DNA of 64,000 nt from Eledone cirrhosa (GCA_964016885.1 OZ024752.1:35278001-35342000); one strand, 5' to 3'. Positions 40,428 through 54,766 are shown, counted from the stretch's first letter. Program-made: numbers and translations. The notes: generated from the sequence alone by a model not told the origin.

Positions 40428-40957
40428 TATATATTACCATTATCCTAGCAAGTGTAGAATTGAATTCAAAATTGAGTTGGGAAATTATTCTTCCGTTTCT
40501 AAGAAAGTTATTCTGGAACCATTAATAGAATACTTATGTATGATCTTCTAAGAAAACGTTGCTAATTATGGAATTTTCAGAATTTTCAATTTTAGAATCT
40601 ATTTTTTTTTTTGTTTCTTAATTGAAATAATGTAATAAACTCTTTTCTCGTTATAAATAAAGAAATTTGTCGTTTGATCCGCGTGTGTCTTGAATTTAAA
40701 TCAAACATAAGACACAGCCTAGCCATATGGGTATTTGGGTAGTGCTCAATGGGCCGCCGCTGGGGTGAGGATCATTAAAAATAACCCATTAATGTATAGA
40801 AAAAAAGCTTAAAATGTCACAAAGATTGAGACGAATATAGAATGCGCCATAACTAAGCAGTAACAAAAAAAAAACACACCTCAGTTCCTCGGGTGTCAAC
40901 AGACTTAATCTGTATCCCCGGGACCGGTTTTAAAGATCCAGTCAATTTCTTCACGTA

Positions 40958-41432
40958 ATAATGGTTTCTCATTTAGGCACGGGGAAAGGGGGGTGGGGGA
41001 GAAGTCGATTAAATCGACCCCCAGTGTATTACTGGTACTTTATTTTATTCACCCCCGTAAGGATGAAAGGCAAAGCTAACCTCGGCGGGATTTGAACTCA
41101 GAACGTAAAGGGCCACAACTCTATGTCACAAAGCATATTGTCCGACGCTCTGCCGATACTGCCAACCCACCGCCCTCACTTCTGTACATAATAATGGTTT
41201 CTTATATAGGAACAAGGCCAGCAATTCTGGGGGAGAGGAAAGTCGATTAAATCGACGCCAGTGCGTGACTGGTACTTTATTCTAGCGACCCCACTAAAGA
41301 GGAAAGACAAAGTTTACCTGGGTGGGATTTGAACTTAGATTATAAAGGACCGTAACTCTATGCTGCATAGCATGGCGTCCGACGCTATACCGATACTGCC
41401 AAACCACCGCCCTCACTTCTGTACATAATAAT
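40958..41432 (-). mobile_element. Two tandem tRNA-derived SINEs
   Basis: Match the family consensus; both share the flank CCCTCACTTCTGTACATAATAAT. Confidence 0.85.
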
Positions 41433-41466
41433 ACAAAGATTGATAGTAAAATAATGTTCTACTCAC

Positions 41467-41593
41467 TTATTATATAATCATAGACTGGTTCTGATTTTTC
41501 TACTAAAGCTGGCGCCGTTGGAACCGAAATGAAATAATAAATACAAGCCCCGGCAAGAATGGCTCCTGCTAAACTCATCAGTTGATTGCTCAT
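41467..41593 (-). CDS. GMC oxidoreductase coding exon 1 (ATG, hydrophobic signal/anchor, YDYII)
   Basis: MSNQLMSLAGAILAGACIYYFISV...VYDYII, GTGAGT donor. Splices to give YDYIIIGGGSAG. An upstream acceptor near 41614 implies a 5' UTR exon further up. Confidence 0.9.
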
Positions 41594-42240
41594 CGTTGAA
41601 AATCCTGGGATAACTACAAAAAGAAAAGAAATATCTGAAAAACAAATGAAAATTCTTAAAAAAATATAAGAGGTAATAGGCATAGGTAAGGCTGAGTTGT
41701 TAGGGAATTCACTTCGTATCCACGTGGTTTCGAGTTTAATCCTACTGCGTAGTCCCTTGAGGGAGAAAGTCTCTTCTATCAGAAATCGGTTGACCAATGT
41801 CATGTGAATAAAATTTGGTAGATGGGAACTGTGTGCAAGCCCATCGTATACATTACTGAGGAAGCTGTGACGTGATCACTTCAAAATACTCCTAGCTCAT
41901 TGTTCAATATAAAGTAAATACTAGACTTGAAATAATAAGTACATGGATAGATGGGTATGGTGTGGTATATTCCCGTTATTCCTGATGGAGTTGTAGGGGC
42001 GCCGTAGTTCATACAGCATTTCGTGGGTATTTTAAGCCTGGTGGAGTCCATCTCCTCTCCAGGTCTGAATACAGCAGATTTCTTACAGAGAAGGATAGAA
42101 AGTGAGAAATAGATGTAGAGGAAGAATCAACACCAGTACTGGACTGGTATATTTTTATTGACCTCGAAAGTGACCTGAACTGAGACTGTGTGCTGAAACA
42201 AAAGCCACATTTTCATTACTTCTTATGACATATATTTAAG

Positions 42241-45200
42241 AATTGTACTTGTCTAGCCAGTGACTTGATCTGAGGAACTAAAGCAATTGTACTTGTCTAG
42301 CCAGTGACTTGATCTGAGGAACTAAAGAAATTGTACTTGTCTAATCAGTGACTTGATCTGAGGAACTAAAGAAATTGTACTTGTCTAGCCAGTGACTTGA
42401 TCTGAGAAACTAAAACAATTGTACTTGTCTAGCCAGTGACTTGATCTGAGAAACTAAAGAAATTGAACTTGTCTAGCCAGTGACTTGATCTGAGAAACTA
42501 AAGCAATTGAACTTGTCTAGCCAGTGACTTGATCTGAGAAACTAAAACAATTGTACTTGTCTAGCCAGTGACTTGATCTGAGGAACTAAAACAATTGTAC
42601 TTGTCTAGCCAGTGAGATGATCTGAGGAACTAAAACAATTGTACTTGTCTAACCAGTGACTTGATCTGAGAAACTAAAACAATTGTACTTGTCTAACCAG
42701 TGACTTGATCTGAGAAACTAAAGCAATTGTACTTGTCTAGCCAGTGACATGATCTGAGAAACTAAAGCAATTGTACTTGTCTAGCCAGTGACTTGATCTG
42801 AGAAACTAAAACAATTGAACTTGTCTAGCCAGTGACTTGATCTGAGAAACTAAAGAAATTGTACTTGTCTAATCAGTGACTTGATCTGAGAAACTAAAGC
42901 AATTGTACTTGTCTAGCCAGTGACTTGATCTGAGAAACTAAAGCAATTGTACTTGTCTAGCCAGTGACTTGATCTGAGGAACTAAAACAATTGTACTTGT
43001 CTAGCCAGTGAGATGATCTGAGGAACTAAAACAATTGTACTTGTCTAGCCAGTGACTTGATCTGAGAAACTAAAGAAATTGTACTTGTCTAATCAGTGAC
43101 TTGATCTGAGAAACTAAAGCAATTGTACTTGTCTAGCCAGTGACTTGATCTGAGGAACTAAAACAATTGTACTTGTCTAGCCAGTGAGATGATCTGAGAA
43201 ACTAAAGCAATTGAACTTGTCTAGCCAGTGACTTGATCTGAGAAACTAAAGCAATTGTACTTGTCTAGCCAGTGACTTGATCTGAGAAACTAAAGAAATT
43301 GTACTTGTCTAATCAGTGACTTGATCTGAGAAACTAAAGCAATTGAACTTGTCTAGCCAGTGACTTGATCTGAGGAACTAAAACAATTGTACTTGTCTAG
43401 CCAGTGAGATGATCTGAGGAACTAAAACAATTGTACTTGTCTAGCCAGTGACTTGATCTGAGAAACTAAAGAAATTGTACTTGTCTAATCAGTGACTTGA
43501 TCTGAGAAACTAAAGCAATTGTACTTGTCTAGCCAGTGACTTGATCTGAGGAACTAAAACAATTGTACTTGTCTAGCCAGTGAGATGATCTGAGGAACTA
43601 AAACAATTGTACTTGTCTAGCCAGTGACTTGATCTGAGAAACTAAAGAAATTGTACTTGTCTAATCAGTGACTTGATCTGAGAAACTAAAGCAATTGTAC
43701 TTGTCTAGCCAGTGACTTGATCTGAGGAACTAAAACAATTGTACTTGTCTAGCCAGTGAGATGATCTGAGAAACTAAAGCAATTGAACTTGTCTAGCCAG
43801 TGACTTGATCTGAGAAACTAAAGCAATTGTACTTGTCTAGCCAGTGACTTGATCTGAGGAACTAAAACAATTGTACTTGTCTAGCCAGTGAGATGATCTG
43901 AGGAACTAAAACAATTGTACTTGTCTAGCCAGTGACTTGATCTGAGAAACTAAAGAAATTGTACTTGTCTAATCAGTGACTTGATCTGAGAAACTAAAGC
44001 AATTGTACTTGTCTAGCCAGTGACTTGATCTGAGGAACTAAAACAATTGTACTTGTCTAGCCAGTGAGATGATCTGAGAAACTAAAGCAATTGAACTTGT
44101 CTAGCCAGTGACTTGATCTGAGAAACTAAAGCAATTGTACTTGTCTAGCCAGTGACTTGATCTGAGGAACTAAAACAATTGTACTTGTCTAGCCAGTGAG
44201 ATGATCTGAGGAACTAAAACAATTGTACTTGTCTAGCCAGTGACTTGATCTGAGAAACTAAAGAAATTGTACTTGTCTAATCAGTGACTTGATCTGAGAA
44301 ACTAAAGCAATTGTACTTGTCTAGCCAGTGACTTGATCTGAGGAACTAAAACAATTGTACTTGTCTAGCCAGTGAGATGATCTGAGAAACTAAAGCAATT
44401 GAACTTGTCTAGCCAGTGACTTGATCTGAGAAACTAAAGCAATTGTACTTGTCTAGCCAGTAACTTGATCTGAGGAACTAAAACAATTGTACTTGTCTAG
44501 CCAGTGACTTGATCTGAGAAACTAAAGCAATTGTACTTGTCTAGCCAGTGACTTGATCTGAGAAACTAAAGCAATTGAACTTGTCTAGCCAGTGACTTGA
44601 TCTGAGAAACTAAAACAATTGAACTTGTCTAGCCAGTGACATGATCTGAGAAACTAAAGTAATTGTACTTATCTAACCAGTGACTTGATCTGAGAAACTA
44701 AAGCAATTGTACTTGTCTAGCCAGTGACATGATCTGAGAAACTAAAACAATTGTACTTGTCTAGCCAGTGACTTGATCTGAGAAACTAAAGCAATTGTAC
44801 TTGTCTAGCCAGTGACTTGATCTGAGGAACTAAAACAATTGTACTTGTCTAGCCAGTGACTTGATCTGAGAAACTAAAGCAATTGTACTTGTCTAGCCAG
44901 TGACTTGATCTGAGAAACTAAAGCAATTGAACTTGTCTAGCCAGTGACTTGATCTGAGAAACTAAAACAATTGAACTTGTCTAGCCAGTGACATGATCTG
45001 AGAAACTAAAGCAATTGTACTTGTCTAGCCAGTGACTTGATCTGAGAAACTAAAACAATTGTACTTGTCTAGCCAGTGACATGATCTGAGAACCTAAAGC
45101 AATTGTACTTGTCTAGCCAGTGACTTGATCTGAGAAACTAAAACAATTGTACTTGTGTAGCCAGTGACTTGATCTGAGAAACTAAAGCAATTGAACTTTT

Positions 45201-46895
45201 CTAGCCAGTGACTTGATCTGAGAAACTAAAACAATTGTACTTATCTAGCCAGTGACATGATCTGAGAAACTAAAGCAATTGTACTTGTCTAGCCAGTGAC
45301 TTGATCTGAGAAACTAAAACAATTGAACTTGTCTAGCCAGTGACTTGATCTGAGAAACTAAAACAATTGTACTTGTGTAGCCAGTGACTTGATCTGAGAA
45401 ACTAAAGCAATTGAACTTTTCTAGCCAGTGACTTGATCTGAGAAACTAAAACAATTGTACTTGTCTAGCCAGTGACATGATCTGAGAAACTAAAGCAATT
45501 GTACTTGTCTAACCAGTGACTTGTTCTGAGAAACTAAAGCAATTGTACTTGTCTAGCCAGTGACATGATCTGAGAAACTAAAACAATTGTACTTGTCTAG
45601 CCAGTGACTTGATCTGAGAAACTAAAGCAATTGTACTTGTCTAGCCAGTGACTTGATCTGAGAATCTAAAGCAATTGTACTTGTCTAGCCAGTGACTTGA
45701 TCTGAGAAACTAAAACAATTGAACTTGTCTAGCCAGTGACATGATCTGAGAAACTAAAGCAATTGTACATGTCTAGCCAGTGACTTGATCTGAGAAACTA
45801 AAACAATTGTACTTATCTAGCCAGTGACATGATCTGAGAAACTAAAGCAATTTTACTTGTCTAGCCAGTGACTTGATCTGAGAAACTAAAGCAATTGTAC
45901 TTGTCTAGCCAGTGACTTGATCTGAGAAACTAAAGCAATTGTACTTGTCTAGCCAGTGACTTGATCTGAGAAACTAAAGCAATTGAACTTTTCTAGCCAG
46001 TGACATGATCTGAGAAACTAAAACAATTGAACTTTTCTAGCCAGTGACTTGATCTGAGAAACTAAAACAATTGTACTTGTCTAGCCAGTGACTTGATCTG
46101 AGAAACTAAAACAATTGAACTTTTCTAGCAAGTGACATGATCTGAGAAACTAAAGCAATTGAACTTTTCTAGCCAGTGACATGATCTGAGAAACTAAAAC
46201 GATTGTACTTGTCTAGCCAGTGACTTGATCTGAGAAACTAAAGCAATTGAACTTTTCTAGCCAGTGACATGATCTGAGAAACTAAAACAATTGTACTTGT
46301 CTAGCCAGTGACTTGATCTGAGAAACTAAAGCAATTGAACTTGTCTAGCCAGTGACTTGATCTGAGAAACTAAAGCAATTGTACTTGTCTAGCCAGTGAC
46401 TTAATCTGAGAAACTAAAACAATTGTACTTGTCTAGCCAGTGACTTGATCTGGGAAACTAAAACAATTGTACTTGTCTAACCAGTGACTTGATCTGAGAA
46501 ACTAAAGCAATTGTACTTGTCTAGCCAGTGACTTTATCTGAGAAACTAAAGCAATTGTACTTGTCTAGCCAGTGACTTGATCTGGGAAACTAAAACAATT
46601 GTACTTGTCTAACCAGTGACTTGATCTGAGAAACTAAAGCAATTGTACTTGTCTAGCCAGTGACTTTATCTGAGAAACTAAAGCAATTGTACTTGTCTAA
46701 CCAGTGACTTGATCTGAGAAACTAAAACAATTGTACTTGTCTAACCAGTGACTTGATCTGAGAAACTAAAGCAATTGTACTTGTCTAGCCAGTGACTTGA
46801 TCTGAGAAACTAAAACAATTGTACTTGTCTAGCCAGTGACTTGATCTGGGAAACTAAAACAATTGTACTTGTCTAGCCAGTGACTTGATCTGAGA
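42241..46895. repeat. 44-bp tandem satellite, about 106 units (AATTGTACTTGTCTAGCCAGTGACTTGATCTGAGAAACTAAAGC)
   Basis: Unit starts at 42241 and 46861 are exactly 105 x 44 apart. Confidence 0.98.
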
Positions 46896-47085
46896 TCGTG
46901 TGTTGAAACTAAAGCAATTACACTCTTCTAGCAAATGATTTGATCTGAGACTGTGTGTTGAAACTAAAGCAATTGCACTTGTCTAGCAAATGATTTGATC
47001 TGAGACTGTGTGTTGAAACTAAAGCAATCGTATTTGTCTAGCCAGTGATTTGATCTGAGACCGTGTGTTGAAACTAAAGCAATTA
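46896..47085. repeat. Diverged ~55-bp longer units of the same satellite
   Basis: Same unit with an extra CTGTGTGTTG-type segment. Confidence 0.85.
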
Positions 47086-48779
47086 ATTAGCAATTAAAAT
47101 AATTATAAAACAAAAACTGTTAAATTAAATTTCCATTTATCATTTTTTAAGCATTTTATTCTGTTTCATTAACCAGATAGCAGACAGTGAGACGAAAATT
47201 TTGACAAAACTATCAATAAATAAATGATAAATATAGAGCGAATTTAAAAGTTCTTTTGTATCGTGGTTTTTGTTTTAATTGCTTAACTGTCGCTTTCACA
47301 ATTTAATTGTCATAACATATTACTTTGTAGTATTGAACTGGAACGTAATAGATCTATAAGCTATCTACCATCACCATCTATGTTATAGATCTAGAAGCTA
47401 TCTCCCATTACCATTGTTGTATTAAGTCTAGAAGCTATCTACCATCACCATCGATCTAGAAACTATCTACCATCACCGTCGATGTAATATTTCTGACATC
47501 CAACAAATGTGAAAGGTATTATTAAATATTTGACAGTAGCCAAACAAGGTAATTATTAATGCTACCCACTGCTTCTCTAACTCACGTGAAAACCTACAAT
47601 GTACCAATGTCAATTATTGTCATGGAAAAGATTAGAAAATCGATTATAACGACAGCTGGAATATTATTTCAAGAAATTAAATTATCTAACACTAAGGCAG
47701 CCAGCATCTAAAATGGACATGGCGAAAGAAGGTGAATAAGCGTAAAGGTATGACCTTATATGGCCAATACTTCGATAAACTGCATACCTCACTCATATAT
47801 ATGGTTCCTGATTTAGGCACAAGGCCAACACATTTTAGAGGAAGGGAAAGTCGATTAAATCGACCCAAGTGCGTAACTGGTACTTTATTTTATCGACCTC
47901 GTCAATCGGAAATTTACTCAGTGGAGTTATATGTTGAAGTGGTATCAGTGGTTTGTTGTGTACTTTAGCTTGAGTGTCTTTACATAAACATCTGGTGACC
48001 TCTGTGAGGACAACTCTCTGCCTCATAGCAGAAACAATGCCCCCTGTTGACGGCATGGATGGACGGAGTAATGTCACGTTAAAAGAATACATGAGATGAT
48101 CAATAAAAGCCAGACTACTTAAATTATCACAGTAACAGTGATTGATAGTATTACAAGTTTCTATTTTGTTTTTATTTTGTTTTTATTTTGTTTTTATTTT
48201 CTATTATTTTTCTTTTATTTTTCTTTTCTTTTCTTTTTATTTTATTTTATTTTTATCTTATTTTATTTTATTTTTCGGTATTAAGAAACTTCATGTGTCC
48301 CAAAACACTTTCTTCTTGGAACACAGATTTCAAAAATCAAATCTATTTTTCTTTAGGACGTACCGTTTCAGAGTCTTTCAGTGACATACATACATACACA
48401 AACGTATATACACACATACATATACATACATACAAACACATACATACACACTTATATACATACACGCATACACTCCCAAATATATAGTCTTAAGATATTT
48501 TCATGTGAAGCAACTTGAAGAAGTTTAAACGTGATAGAGTTTATGTGATTCAGTCTACACATCAGATTTATATTTCAAGTTCAATGAAATATATTTGCAT
48601 CTGTAATGAGATAAACTGAATTTGATTAAAACCAAGATTGATATATGCGCATTTATTTCAAAGCTTATTCTGTTCAAACACATTGGGACGTGGGAAAATT
48701 TTATCAGTTTCTGAGGCTTTCTTTATTCAGACAGAAATGCACGATGATGAGATTTAGCTAAATTGTCATTATTTGAAAG

Positions 48780-49340
48780 GGTGGTGGTGTAGAGGGTCTG
48801 ACGCTATGCTTTACAGCATAGTTACGTCCCTTTACAGACTGAGTTCAAATCCCACCGCGGTTAACTTTGCCTTTCATCTTTACGGGGTCGATAAAATAAA
48901 GTACCAGTAATGTAGTGAGTAATTGCTGGCCTTGTGCCAAAAGTAGAAACTCTTAGGGCGGTGGATTGGCAGTTTCGGTAGAGGGTCAGACACCATGCTT
49001 TGCAGCAAAGAGTTACGGCCCTTTATGATCTGAGTTCAAATTCTGCCGAGGTGAACTTTGCCTTTCATCCTTACGGGGTCGATAAAATAAAGTACCAGTA
49101 ATGCACTGGGATAATTGCTGGCCTTGTGCCCAAAGTAGAAACAATTACTTGAAAGGGTTACATACGAACTTCTCAGAATTATTTGAAATAGGCTCAGGCA
49201 TGGTTTTATGATTAAAAGCTTGCTTCGAAATTATGTGGTTCTGGGTTCGTTTCCACTGCGTGGCACTTTGGGCAAGTGTCTTCTACTACAGCCTTAGACT
49301 GACCAATGCTCTGTGAGTGCAATTTGGTAGACAGAAGCCT
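48780..49340 (+). mobile_element. Two Deu/Nin-like SINEs and one CORE-like SINE
   Basis: B-boxes and family motifs; CTTTGGGCAAGTGTCTTCT. Confidence 0.8.
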
Positions 49341-49356
49341 GCCACACGCTCGCGCG

Positions 49357-49429
<73 letters not shown>

Positions 49430-49879
49430 TTTATCGTCGTAAAAAAGGACATAATAGATAATGTTGTTCATGAGACACTTCGTATGAAAAATGAAATTAA
49501 AATGAGAGGATAGACTTATCTGCAATATGTTTGGATCAAAGACAGATATGTAATCAAAGGCTTTGTTCGATCATTGCCGAGTTGGGACTAAGCCACAACA
49601 ATATCTAGGAGATATAACAATACAATAGAACTATTCTTTATATATCTAGCTACAAAGGATTCGACTCCTTATACTCTAATAGCAAGGAAACTCGGCTCAC
49701 AAACGGTAACTCGAGTAACGAACACGCAAGCCGGCAGCAACAGTTGGCAACAAGCTTTGAGTATCGGCGCGAAAGCATCACTCGCTGTGTAGTTGGTTAC
49801 TATGGCGCTATCTATCTGTCTTCCACATACAGTCTCTCTCTTTCTCTCTCTCAACATTTCGTGTGTGGGGGGGGGGGAT

Positions 49880-49957
49880 AGTTTCGGTTTACGAATGTTT
49901 CGGATGACGAACGACCTTCAGCAACGAATTAAGTTCGCGAACCGAAGTTCCACTGTA
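49880..49957. mobile_element. Possible Tigger/pogo-like DNA transposon end
   Basis: Ends in CGAAGTTCCACTG-TA; no partner TIR was seen. Confidence 0.45.
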
Positions 49958-50376
49958 TTTATCATATAATCTCTGAGACAGATTAGAAGTTCATATTATG
50001 AACTTCTAATCCGTCTCAGAGAATGACAATCTAAAGATCGTAAGGAAGTATACACGTAGAAGGGTGCATGTAGAATATATTAAACCTGATGTCAAATCTA
50101 TTGATAATATTGAGAATAGCGAGTTAATTGACAATGAGAAGTCGAATGAAGGTAATGATGTGTTGAATGGAGATAAAAAGCTCAAGAGTTACTACATACT
50201 AGCTTTAGCTATTGAATTAGCGTGAAGACATATATCTCTGTTCGCCATAGCATTTATAATTGGTGCAACTGAAATGGTGTATAATCATTTGTGTAGAGAC
50301 ATGCGTAGGTTTCATATAAAGGGCGTTAAGGTGACACAATTGTTCTCGGTATGATGAACTAACTGTTGTGTAACCA

Positions 50377-50417
<41 letters not shown>

Positions 50418-50549
50418 ATACTTTGGGAGGGTCATGTTGCCAATAAGAAACACACGCACCAGTTGCTTTCACTTCAATTTATTATATATTTATAAATTTA
50501 CAAATTTATAAATTTCTGGTTGGTTGGTTGGTTCCACAACCAGATAGTT

Positions 50550-50610
<61 letters not shown>

Positions 50611-50619
<9 letters not shown>

Positions 50620-50780
50620 TGAGATTCTACAGGACTAGAACTGTTTCACTCTGATGATTTCTAAAGAATGAAACAGTTCTAGTCCTGTAGAATCTCATCT
50701 ATATTAAAACTTTTATACTCTGCAATGTATTGAGTACCTTACTTACTGTGGTTACCTCCGATTCAACCCGGAATAACGTA

Positions 50781-50783
<3 letters not shown>
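50611..50783 (+). mobile_element. (TA)n-flanked fold-back insert with hammerhead core in the loop
   Basis: 38-bp arms at 50611-50648 and 50669-50706; CTGATGA-TTTCTAAAGAAT-GAAA. Confidence 0.7.
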
Positions 50784-50814
<31 letters not shown>

Positions 50815-51480
50815 GTCGTCAAGTATGAAATTTGCAGAAATTTTTTTCTACAAATTTCATACATATATATATATAGGCATATTGTAGATAACAGAATGGC
50901 GGTGGAGGGGATCATAGAGGAGAGAGAGAGAGGAAAGTGGTTGGGAAGAGGAGTCTTACACACACATACATGGTCTCCCTCTCACATACATTTATACACA
51001 CACACACACGTGTGTGTGTGTATAAAAAGCTAACGTGTAAATTTTTTTTGCTTGATTTCTGCATAACATATTGTAAGGGAGTTAAATTATGAGGTTATCT
51101 CTCTTTAATTGTCTCTTTTTTTTTTGGTGTGTGTGTAATACCATTTCGCTCCTTCTCACACTAAAGAGGTGTATAGCATTGTAGCCATAGCTGAACGCAA
51201 TAAACTACTGAAATTCCGTTATTTATCGGTAAATTATATTTTTTATTCTATGACATTCGAAATGTTGGCCGGCTGACAACGAAACATCAGGTACTACTCG
51301 CGTAGGTACTTGGCTATTCCAGTGTCTCAGTCACGCTTTCACCCGCGGTAATGTCGTGAATGTTTTCGGTTGCCTCAAAACACCAGAATTCCCTGCCGTA
51401 GGTTAAAAATGTATGTTGGTGCCACCCATGTATGTGATAATGGTCACGGAGTGGCCATTTTCGAAACCAAGATGTAGCCG

Positions 51481-51577
51481 TATGTATGTATGTATGTATG
51501 TATGTATGTATGTATGTATGTATGTATGTATGTATGTATGTATGTATGTATGTATGTATGTATGTATGTATGTATGT

Positions 51578-51619
<42 letters not shown>

Positions 51620-52026
51620 GTATGTATGTGTATGTGTATATGTATGTATATATGTATATATATATATGTATGTGTGTATGTATGTATATGTATGTGTATT
51701 TATATATGTATGTATATGTATGTATATATATATGTATATGTATATATATATGTATGTATATGTATATATGTATGTATATATATATGTATGCATATATATG
51801 TATGTATGTATGTATATATATATATTTATGCATATATATGTATGTATGTATGTATATATATATATATTTATGCATATATATGTATGTATGTATATATATA
51901 TATATTTATGCATATATATGTATGTATGTATATATATATATATTTATGTATATATATATATATTTATGTATATATATATATATTTATGTATATATATATA
52001 TATTTATGTATATATATATATGTATG

Positions 52027-52058
<32 letters not shown>

Positions 52059-52283
52059 TGTATGTTTTCTCTTTCTCTTAATTTTGAGTATATTTTTTTG
52101 ACCGGCCACCTTCCTGGTGGCAAGGTTGTAAAAGAAAAGAAATTGTCATCCCTTGAATCGCAAGAATGTTTTGCAAATTTTGAAGGTGCCAGCTATCGCA
52201 GCCATTTGTAGACTATGAATTAGGGAGCTGCGCTTTTTGTCCGCAAATCCAAGTTCAGTCATACTTTGGTCCAAGCGGGTTGG

Positions 52284-52315
<32 letters not shown>

Positions 52316-52390
52316 TGTATGTATGTATGTATGTATGTATGTATGTATGTATGTATGTATGTATGTATGTATATGTATATATGTATGTAC

Positions 52391-52424
<34 letters not shown>

Positions 52425-52490
52425 GTATTTATATATATATGTATGTATATATATATGTATCTATGTATGTGTATGTATGTATATATGTAC

Positions 52491-52524
<34 letters not shown>

Positions 52525-52590
52525 GTATTTATATATATATGTATGTATATATATATGTATCTATGTATGTGTATGTATGTATGTATATAT
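51481..52590. repeat. (TATG)n/(TA)n microsatellites
   Basis: Read directly; the first array follows an RTE-like 3' end at about 51450-51480. Confidence 0.95.
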
Positions 52591-52591
52591 G

Positions 52592-53190
52592 TTCTGGGAT
52601 ACATGTTACCAGTAGCACCAGTAGACCCTGTCTCATTGTCGGGTCGTTGGCGACTAAACTGGCAACCCCACCAAGCTTTCTTGGTGAGGAGGGTGACTTT
52701 GGACATCCTGCAGGACTAAAAACAAAACCTGTCAAGGGGCAAAGGAGCTCTTAAGAGTCAATGGCCATCCAAAATCACCGGGAGAGAAGACCCCTTAGCC
52801 TTTGTCAAGGCAGAATTCTAGGAGAAGGAAAACTCTGATATAACACCTGCAACTCTGATGGTATCCAATGATGTTGACTTGTTCTTCTTTTTGGTAAATA
52901 TCGTGTTGGTTAAGAGAGTGGGACTGGCTTTGTGCAGTGCCTTTGCTCACTATAAAAGCTTCACAGCACAGGCATTGCTTTATATCTGGAGATATCTCTG
53001 CACTTGTCGTCACATGGTACCATGGGCCCAGCACTATGTGTCAATAATTGTCACAAGTGTAGTGTTTGTACCAGAGTTTTCAAGTCGCTGGCTGGACTAA
53101 AAAGTCACACTCGTTCAGCGCATCGGTAGGGGTTCTCCTACATGGATATAAAGTAGTGGCCGTACTCGAAAACGAGTTGGCAGCCACCAT
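52592..53190 (+). mobile_element. Non-autonomous RTE-derived retroposon, copy 2, with (TATG)n tail
   Basis: Reverse-complement homolog of 21243-21858. Confidence 0.7.
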
Positions 53191-54019
53191 GTATGTATGT
53201 ATGTATGTATGTATGTATGTATGTATGTATGTATGTATGTATGTATGTATGTATGTATTTATGTATGTATGTATGTTAGTGGGTGTGTGCATATAAGCAT
53301 ATAAGGTTTTAGTATATTATATCGACTTTTGTGCTTATTTCAATCTGGTACTTATTTTATTAACCTGTATTTGTTACGGAAAAAGGCGACGAATAAACAG
53401 TCGTTAGAGCATCAGATAAAATATTTTGTGGTATTCGTTCTGATTCTTTGCTCTGTGAGTTCAAATCCTGCTGAGGTCAACTTTGCCTTTCATCCATTCA
53501 ATGTCGATAAAAAAGTACCAGTCTAGTACTGGTGTCGATTCTTCCTCTATAAAAAATCTTTCTTTCACTCTCAATCTTCCTCTGTAAAAAATCTGCTGTC
53601 TTCAGACCTGGAGAGGATATGGGCCCCACGGGGTTTAAAAATGCCCTAGAAACGCCGTATGTCAATATGGCGCCCCTATGACCCCCCACCAGGAGTTACA
53701 GGGATCAAAGAAAGGAGATATTTGTTATGGAAGTATTGTAAACTTGGAAAACGCCACACAGACATACATGTGTCTTTTTGATATTAGAGACAATTTTTGT
53801 CTTTTGTCTATATTACTACCGTAATATATAAATAAATATTTAATTTGATAGACATAACATTACATCCATTATTGATATATTGCGGCAGAGCATTGTAACT
53901 TCTCTCACTCTCTCTCTCCTTCTTTCTCTCCTTTCTTCCTTCCCACATCACTCACACCTCTCTCTCTCTCTGTATTGTCACCCACTCATTGTTAATCTCT
54001 CTCAACACAAACATCGCAA

Positions 54020-54550
54020 CCACCATCATACGAAGTGCCGGCTTCACCGTCACCGCCGCAACCGCCGTCACCACCACCACCACCACCACCACCGCCATCA
54101 CCGCCATCACCAGTATTCGAAGTACCGACTTCACCACCATCACCACCACCACCACCTTCACCATCACCAGTATTCGAAGTACCGGCTTCACCACCGCTAC
54201 ACCACCACCACCACCACCACCACCACCACCGCCGCCACCACCACCACCACCATCACCACTACCACCACCACCACCACCACCATAACCACTACCACCACCT
54301 TTACCATCACCAGTATTCGAAGTACCGACTTCACCACCACCACCACCACCACCACCATCACCACTACCACCACCACCACTTTTACCATCACCAGTATTCG
54401 AAGTACCGGCTTCACCACCGCCACACTACCATCACCACCACCACCACCACCACCACCACCACCACCACCACTACCACCACCTTTACCATCACCAGTATTC
54501 GAAGTACCGGCTTCACCACCACCGCCGCCACACCGCCACCACCATCATGA
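54020..54550. repeat. (ACC)n microsatellite punctuated by CATCACCAGTATTCGAAGTACCG(G/A)CTTC units
   Basis: Five near-identical units plus one diverged unit. Confidence 0.9.
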
Positions 54551-54766
54551 TGGTACAAGCTGCTTTATCGACCATCGTTATCTCCTCTCTCTTGCTCTTC
54601 CAGTAGTGTATATCCGACACAGCAGTATGTATTTGTTATTAGAAGACCTCTGTCGTGTGAGTGGAATACGAAATGAAATTTACCAGCGGTTTCTACAGAT
54701 GTCAGTGGATGAATGGAGTGTGTGAATGAAGGTAGAGAAATGGCAGGATAACATCTACAGGTGCTC

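Noticed and set aside
42241-46895. CRISPR-like regular array
   Set aside because: Head-to-tail units with no unique spacers, no cas genes, and a eukaryotic context.
53880-54725. His/Thr/Pro-rich ORFs
   Set aside because: Translations of (ACC)n.
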